Assembly: GCA_964593155.1 (NCBI GenBank)
Contig: CAZQHE010000005.1
Coordinates: 1-58,367 of the forward strand
DNA length: 58,367 nucleotides
Direction: 5' to 3'
DNA from: an uncultured bacterium
GTDB taxonomy: Bacteria > Krumholzibacteriota > Krumholzibacteriia > JAJRXK01
The notes under the pieces were generated by a model. The model was not told the origin of the DNA. It saw only the letters and a list, made by a program, of their open reading frames with translations, and did not search any database. A program made the position numbers and the translations under genes. Each line of letters begins with the position of its first letter. Position 1 is the first letter of the stretch. Of the stretch, positions 54,012 to 58,367 are shown piece by piece.

Positions 54012-54691
54012 TCGAGCTCGAGGGCATCGAGCGGGTGTTCGTGGTGGGCGACCAGGAGGTCCACGCGCTCGACGGCATCGACCTCCACATCGAGTCCGGA
54101 GAGTACGTGTCGATCATGGGGCCTTCGGGTTCCGGCAAGAGTACGCTGTTGAACGTGATCGGCTGCCTCGATCGTCCCACGTCTGGCGAGTACCGGCTCG
54201 ACGGTCGGCGCGTGGCCGATCTCGACGAGACCGAACTCGCACGACTGCGACGCGAGACCATCGGTTTCGTGTTCCAGACCTTCCACCTGGTTCCGCGTCT
54301 CGACGGTCGGGCCAACGTCGAGCTGCCGTTGCTGTTCGCCGGTGTCGAGCCGAAGGAGCGGCGTCGCCGGGCCGACGAGGCCCTGGCCTCGGTGGACCTC
54401 CAGGACCGTGCCCACCATCGCCCCGCGCAGCTCTCGGGCGGACAGCGCCAGCGTGTGGCCATCGCGCGGGCGTTGGTCACGAGGCCGCACGTGATCCTGG
54501 CCGACGAGCCCACCGGAAATCTCGACACGCACTCGGGCGAGGAAATCGTACGCCTCCTCGAGTCGCTGAACGGCGAGGGAATGACCCTGGTCGTGGTGTC
54601 GCACGATCCCGAGATCGCCGAGCGCGCCTCGCGGCGCGTGCGGATCGTCGACGGAAGGATCCAGGACGACGATCGGGAGGAGCGGCCGTGA
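54008..54691 (+). CDS. ABC transporter ATP-binding protein (MacB/LolD family)
   Basis: Walker A GPSGSGKST, signature LSGGQRQRVAIARAL and Walker B ILADEPTGNLD. Confidence 0.9.
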   Translation: MIELEGIERVFVVGDQEVHALDGIDLHIESGEYVSIMGPSGSGKSTLLNVIGCLDRPTSGEYRLDGRRVADLDETELARLRRETIGFVFQTFHLVPRLDGRANVELPLLFAGVEPKERRRRADEALASVDLQDRAHHRPAQLSGGQRQRVAIARALVTRPHVILADEPTGNLDTHSGEEIVRLLESLNGEGMTLVVVSHDPEIAERASRRVRIVDGRIQDDDREERP

Positions 54692-55890
54692 AGCTTCGCG
54701 ATCTCGCCGGGTACGCCGGGGGCGGGCTCCGCGGGCACCGTCTGCGGACCGCGCTCACGTTGCTGGGCGTGACCATCGGTGTGGCCGCCGTCGTGGTGCT
54801 GACCAGTCTGGGCGAGGGAGCGCGCCGTTACGTGGTGGGCGAGTTCGCTTCGCTCGGGTCGAACCTGGTGATCCTCGTTCCCGGCAAGACCGAGACCGAA
54901 GGTCTCGGGCCGTTGGTCGGCACCGCCGAACACGACCTCACCCTGGACGACATGGAGGCCGTGGAACGCCGCGTGCCGGGTGTCCGGAGCGTGGCTCCGG
55001 TCGTCGTCGGAACCGCGCGCGCCGAGTTCCGCGAGCGCGGCCGCGACATCACCGTGCTGGGGACGACCCGTCCGATGCTCGACGTGCGCAAGCTCGAAGT
55101 GCGCGTGGGCCGTTACCTGCCGAGCGAGACCACCCGGGGGCCGATCTGCGTGCTCGGCGCCACCGTTGCGCGCGAACTCTTCGTGAACCGCAACCCGCTG
55201 GGCGAGACGGTCCGTGTGGGCGGCATGCGTCTGCGCGTCGTCGGCCTGATGGCCCCACGCGGACAGTCGCTGGGCATGGATCTGGACGAGGTCGTGCACG
55301 TTCCCGTCGAGACGGCCATGCATCTCTTCGATCAGTCGAGTCTGTTCCGGGTGGTGATCGAGGCCCGCAGTGCCGAGGGTCTCGATCGCCTGCAAGAAGA
55401 GGCGCTGGCCCTGCTCGCCGAACGCCACGGCACCGAGGACGTCACGGCGATCACCCAGGACGCCGTGCTGTCGACCTTCGACCGTGTCCTGGGGTCCTTG
55501 ACCATCGCGCTGGGCGCGATCGCGGCGATCTCGCTCACGGTGGCCGGCATCGGGATCATGAACGTGATGCTGGTTGCGGTGAGCGAACGCACTCGCGAGA
55601 TCGGCCTGCTCAAGGCACTGGGGGCCACCCGGCGCCAGGTGCTGACGGTGTTCCTGCTCGAGGCCTCGGTGATCTCGGGGGCCGGAGGCCTGCTCGGTCT
55701 GGCCCTCGGACTGGCGGCCAGTGCCACGCTTCGGTTCAGCGTGGAGGGATTTCCCGTCCAGCCTCCGCTGTGGGCCGTCGTCGCCGCGCTGATCGTGTCG
55801 GCCACGGTGGGCGTGGCCTTCGGACTCGTTCCCGCGCGTCGGGCCATGCGGCTGGATCCCGTCGACGCGCTCACGGGGCACCGCGGATGA
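54688..55890 (+). CDS. ABC transporter permease, FtsX/MacB-type with periplasmic domain
   Basis: One TM helix, then a periplasmic domain, then three TM helices. FtsX signature (GLLKALGATRRQV). Confidence 0.85.
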   Translation: MKLRDLAGYAGGGLRGHRLRTALTLLGVTIGVAAVVVLTSLGEGARRYVVGEFASLGSNLVILVPGKTETEGLGPLVGTAEHDLTLDDMEAVERRVPGVRSVAPVVVGTARAEFRERGRDITVLGTTRPMLDVRKLEVRVGRYLPSETTRGPICVLGATVARELFVNRNPLGETVRVGGMRLRVVGLMAPRGQSLGMDLDEVVHVPVETAMHLFDQSSLFRVVIEARSAEGLDRLQEEALALLAERHGTEDVTAITQDAVLSTFDRVLGSLTIALGAIAAISLTVAGIGIMNVMLVAVSERTREIGLLKALGATRRQVLTVFLLEASVISGAGGLLGLALGLAASATLRFSVEGFPVQPPLWAVVAALIVSATVGVAFGLVPARRAMRLDPVDALTGHRG

Positions 55891-57083
55891 TCCTCGAAGA
55901 CGGATTCCTCCACGCCGCGCGCGCGGTCCGCATGCACCGGCAACGGTCGTTGCTCACGATGCTCGGGATCACCATCGGCATCGGCTCGGTGATCCTTCTC
56001 ACCAGTGTCGGCGAGGGGCTGCGAACCTTCCTGGTGAAGGAATTCACCCAGTTCGGCACGAACCTCGTGGCGATCAATCCGGGCAGCGTGGAGACCTCGG
56101 GCCTGGCCGGTGCCGTGGGCGTGACGGTGCATCCGTTGACAGTCGACGACGCCGAGGCCCTGCAGCGCATTCGCGGTGTGGCCGAAGTGGTGCCGGTGGC
56201 CATGGGGACCGCTGCCGTCGAACGCGGCCGCCTGTCGCGCAGCGTGTTCGTGTACGGCGTGAACCACGCCATGCCAGAGGTGTGGAAGATGGACGTGCGC
56301 GTGGGGCGCTTCCTCCCCGACACCGGCATGCAGCGGGCACCGCCGGTGTGCGTACTCGGCCCGACGCTCAAACGTGAACTCTTCGGCGCCGAGAACGCAC
56401 TCGGTGAGTTCGTGCGCGTGGCCGGCCGTCGCTTCCGGGTGATCGGCATCCTCGAGAGCAAGGGCGAGTTCGTGGGCATCGACATCGACGACGCCGTGTA
56501 CGTCCACGTGTCCCGCGCCCAGTCGATGTTCCGCGGCGACGAGTTGCAGGAGATCGACCTGATGCTGCACAGCATCGACCTCGAGGAGCGAGTCGAGGCC
56601 GAGGTGACCCGGATCCTCACCGAGCGCCACGGGGGTGAGAAGGACTTCACCGTGACGTCGCAGACCAGCATGCTCGAGAGCCTGGACCGGATCATGGACA
56701 TCGTCGGTCTGGCGGTGGGGGCGATCGCCGGGATCAGTCTGCTGGTCGGTTCGATCGGCATCCTCACCATGATGTGGATCTCGGTGAATGAGCGGACCAC
56801 CGAGATCGGCTTGTCGAAGGCACTCGGCGCCACCCCTCGGCAGATCCTGGGACTGTTCCTGGCCGAGGCGGCCATTCTGTCGACCGGCGGCGGGATCCTG
56901 GGACTCGCCTTCGGCCTGGGCATCGCCGCCCTGCTGGACACGGCCGGCCTTCCCATGCACACGCCCGTGCTGTTCGTGGTGCTCGCCCTGGTCGTCTCGT
57001 TGTCGGTGGGGCTGCTCAGCGGGATCCTTCCGGCCCGGCGGGCCGCCCGTCTCGATCCGGTCGAGGCGCTGGGGGCGGAGTGA
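55887..57083 (+). CDS. second ABC transporter permease, FtsX/MacB-type
   Basis: Start MILEDGF overlaps the previous stop (ATGA). Paralogous architecture (GLSKALGATPRQI). Confidence 0.85.
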   Translation: MILEDGFLHAARAVRMHRQRSLLTMLGITIGIGSVILLTSVGEGLRTFLVKEFTQFGTNLVAINPGSVETSGLAGAVGVTVHPLTVDDAEALQRIRGVAEVVPVAMGTAAVERGRLSRSVFVYGVNHAMPEVWKMDVRVGRFLPDTGMQRAPPVCVLGPTLKRELFGAENALGEFVRVAGRRFRVIGILESKGEFVGIDIDDAVYVHVSRAQSMFRGDELQEIDLMLHSIDLEERVEAEVTRILTERHGGEKDFTVTSQTSMLESLDRIMDIVGLAVGAIAGISLLVGSIGILTMMWISVNERTTEIGLSKALGATPRQILGLFLAEAAILSTGGGILGLAFGLGIAALLDTAGLPMHTPVLFVVLALVVSLSVGLLSGILPARRAARLDPVEALGAE

Positions 57084-57152
57084 GACGCAGTCGACGTCCC
57101 GGCCGGACCACGCTACCGTAGCACCACCTCGATCCGTTTCCCCGGGGAGCCG

Positions 57153-58238
57153 ATGACCCTTCTCGTCGTCTACGTCACGCTCGCGCTCGCGGTGTCGTTC
57201 ATTTGTTCGATCCTCGAGGCGGTACTGCTCAGTCTCACGCCGTCGTACATCTCGCTGCTGCGAAGGCGGCGGCCACGGGTGGGGCGGATGCTCGAGTCGT
57301 TCAAGAATGACATCGACCGGCCGTTGTCGGCGATCCTGTCGCTGAACACGATCGCCCACACCGTTGGTGCGACCGGTGCCGGGGCCCAGGCCGTGCGGGT
57401 GTTCGGCGAGGCATGGGTCGGTGTGATCTCGGCCGTGCTCACGCTGCTGATCCTGGTGCTGTCGGAGATCGTGCCGAAGACGCTGGGGGCTACCTACTGG
57501 CGTGCCCTGGCGCCCTCGGTGGCCTACACCCTGCGGGGACTCGTGGTGTCGATGGCGCCTCTGGTCTGGCTGTCGCAGGGGATCACCCGGCTGCTCTCGC
57601 GGGACCGGTCGGTGACCACCGTGAGCCGCGAGGAACTGGCCGCACTGGCCGAGAGCGGATGGCGCGAGGGCGTGTTCGAGGCCAGCGAGTCGCACATCCT
57701 CCAGAGCCTGATGCGTGCCGCCCCCCTGCGTGCCCGCGACGTCATGACCCCGCGCGTGGTCGTGGGGACCCTGCCGGAGTCGCGAACGATCGGTGAGATC
57801 GCCGTCGACGCACCGCAGCTGCGCTTCTCGCGGATTCCCGTGCACGGCGAACACCGCGAGGACCTCACCGGCTACGTCCGCAAGGACGAGCTGCTGATCG
57901 CCAAGTTCCACGGCGAGAACGAGCGGGCCCTGACCTCACTGCGTCGTCCACTCCTGGTGGTCCCCGAGTCCCTCCCCCTGGTCGATCTCTTCGAGCAGTT
58001 GCTGGCCGAGGGGGACGTGGTCGCCCAGGTGATCGACGAGCACGGTGGACTGGCCGGGCTGGTCACCATGGAGGACGTGGTCGAGACCTTCCTCGGTCTG
58101 GAGATCGTCGACGAACTCGACTCGGTCGAGGACATGCGCGCCTTCGCGCAGCTGCGGTGGAGGCGGCGGGCGCGGGAGCTGGGGTTGATCGAGGAGGAGG
58201 AGGACGGAGGCGTGGACTCGACTCCGCAGGACCGATGA
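57153..58238 (+). CDS. CNNM/CorC/TlyC-family transporter (DUF21 membrane domain plus CBS pair plus CorC_HlyC)
   Basis: N-terminal DUF21 TM helices. CBS pair region. C-terminal transporter-associated domain (GLAGLVTMEDVVETFLGLEIVDELD). Confidence 0.8.
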   Translation: MTLLVVYVTLALAVSFICSILEAVLLSLTPSYISLLRRRRPRVGRMLESFKNDIDRPLSAILSLNTIAHTVGATGAGAQAVRVFGEAWVGVISAVLTLLILVLSEIVPKTLGATYWRALAPSVAYTLRGLVVSMAPLVWLSQGITRLLSRDRSVTTVSREELAALAESGWREGVFEASESHILQSLMRAAPLRARDVMTPRVVVGTLPESRTIGEIAVDAPQLRFSRIPVHGEHREDLTGYVRKDELLIAKFHGENERALTSLRRPLLVVPESLPLVDLFEQLLAEGDVVAQVIDEHGGLAGLVTMEDVVETFLGLEIVDELDSVEDMRAFAQLRWRRRARELGLIEEEEDGGVDSTPQDR

Positions 58239-58367
58239 CTGCCGTCAATGGGGGCGCCGAGCCGATCGGCGCCAGCGGGTGTCACCGCATCTGTGCCTTC
58301 AGGCCACTCCAGCTCGTCGTCTCGTTCGGCACGGGACAGCTCACCAGGATCTGCCCGTCGTCCCACG

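Noticed and set aside
58283-58367. Possible 3' end of a minus-strand gene at the window edge (...WDDGQILVSCPVPNETTSWSGLKAQMR*)
   Set aside because: Only about 28 codons are visible, which is too short to support a call. It could equally be noise.
1-58367. Searched for CRISPR repeats, tRNA/rRNA genes, IS elements, integrases and large direct repeats
   Set aside because: No regularly spaced repeats, no cloverleaf-compatible intergenic segments of tRNA size, and no transposase or integrase motifs (DDE, tyrosine recombinase R-H-R-Y) were recognised. This looks like core chromosome rather than a mobile island.

Overview
This is a 58.4-kb, very GC-rich (about 68-70%) bacterial chromosomal segment that is densely packed with genes on both strands. 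I found no rRNA, tRNA, CRISPR array, transposase or integrase. A porin, an Omp85-like barrel, a lipobox lipoprotein and a FlgD-Ig/T9SS-type C-terminal sorting domain point to a diderm organism, possibly Gemmatimonadota or an FCB-like lineage; that placement is inference only.

Because of the GC content, almost every real gene is shadowed by long antisense or alternate-frame ORFs rich in Arg, Gly and Pro. I treat those as artefacts. Internal start coordinates were derived by counting residues within the supplied ORF frames. A few sequence-derived positions (hairpins, motifs) may be off by 1-2 nt.

Gene content in order:
- A small membrane protein, a DoxX gene, a 1,101-aa protein of unknown function, and a DinB_2 gene.
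- A secreted 1,089-aa BNR/sortilin-like propeller protein.
- A PETase/cutinase-like serine hydrolase carrying a C-terminal sorting domain.
- An orphan HybB/NrfD-type membrane quinol subunit.
- A four-gene bacterial ceramide/sphingolipid-type cluster: SPT-like alpha-oxoamine synthase, GNAT-fold bCerS-like N-acyltransferase, CerR-like SDR reductase, and a PAP2-family membrane enzyme.
- A convergent DMSO-reductase-family molybdoenzyme operon: an unknown 390-aa protein, a DmsA homologue with no Tat signal, and a fused DmsB-DmsC.
- Adenosine deaminase, amylosucrase and HtrA.
- An osmoprotectant uptake block: a BCCT transporter, then a porin gene heading a proVWX/opuA operon.
- An orphan PAS-GAF histidine kinase.
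- A secreted octaheme c-type cytochrome with 8 CXXCH motifs.
- A family-1 encapsulin nanocompartment pair: an EncFtn cargo with a C-terminal targeting peptide, plus the shell protein.
- A fusion of protein-L-isoaspartate O-methyltransferase with an erythromycin-esterase-like domain.
- A frameshifted, truncated remnant of a sodium:solute symporter gene.
- An S9-type hydrolase and an MgtC/DUF4010 membrane protein.
- A radical-SAM/cupin pair facing a CMD/TroA-like binding protein pair.
- A CooC-family ATPase whose CXC motif is degenerate.
- CFA synthase, RecQ, a MacA/LolD-like efflux system with two FtsX permeases, and a CNNM/CorC-type transporter.

I cannot name one obviously novel system with certainty. 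The most interesting candidates are the unknown 1,101-aa protein, the unusual molybdoenzyme operon, the PETase-like hydrolase fused to a sorting domain, the PCMT-esterase fusion and the sphingolipid cluster.
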